A model generated the notes under the pieces. That model was not told the origin of the DNA. It was given only the letters and a program-made list of their open reading frames with translations, and searched no databases. From the NCBI GenBank assembly GCA_951406725.2, contig OX597814.1:868001-932000 (forward strand): 64,000 nucleotides of DNA, written 5' to 3'. Below, one piece after another: positions 63,710-64,000 of this stretch. Every line of letters begins with the position of its first letter. The stretch's first letter is position 1. Position numbers and translations under genes: made by a program. This DNA is from Octopus vulgaris. Its lineage: Eukaryota.

Positions 63710-64000
63710 TAATGTCATAGCTTTGAGATTTTCTGTTTTCACAACGGCATTATGGGGTAAGTGTGAGAGGCCAGATCACACCAGTTTGAACAGAAAACAG
63801 GTAGAAAATCTTGTCTGGATATGGCAGGTTTAAACGCTGAAGATTTAATACGATTTTTTTTTAGAGAAAAATCCCAACATTCTAACACAGGTAAAGGTGA
63901 ATGAATTTTTGCTGATAATCAGACAGGTGAAAACATTTACCTTTTTGTTACCATAGTTCTATTCTTCCTTTGTTTCAATTAATTTTGAAAACAGTGAAGA

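Overview
Eukaryotic, AT-rich, repeat-dense genomic DNA, inferred to be an octopod cephalopod from its tRNA-derived SINE, RTE and microsatellite repertoire. The only host gene I can support is a minus-strand, multi-exon C1-tetrahydrofolate synthase (MTHFD1/MTHFD1L family). Its 19 phase-compatible GT-AG exons lie between 38374 and 1795 (2226 nt, about 742 codons). The first exon is not securely located and the 3' exons lie beyond position 1. The synthetase domain is intact. The N-terminal dehydrogenase/cyclohydrolase domain has lost its NADP-binding motifs but keeps the cyclohydrolase Lys/Gln/Asp residues. Introns and the upstream region hold SINEs, RTE/CR1/Dong LINE fragments, mariner/Tc1 derivatives, Helitrons, a 47-bp minisatellite and a 2.2-kb kB/GAS-motif-rich satellite. 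The most striking non-genic signal is a ~280-bp element family joining a tRNA-like Pol III head to a Penelope-type minimal hammerhead ribozyme. It occurs at 5 loci with 8 ribozyme copies (one intact), mostly as head-to-head palindromic dimers with TSDs. A second hammerhead-bearing Penelope-like pLTR and a Penelope GIY-YIG fragment are also present. Most ORFs in the supplied track are repeat artefacts.
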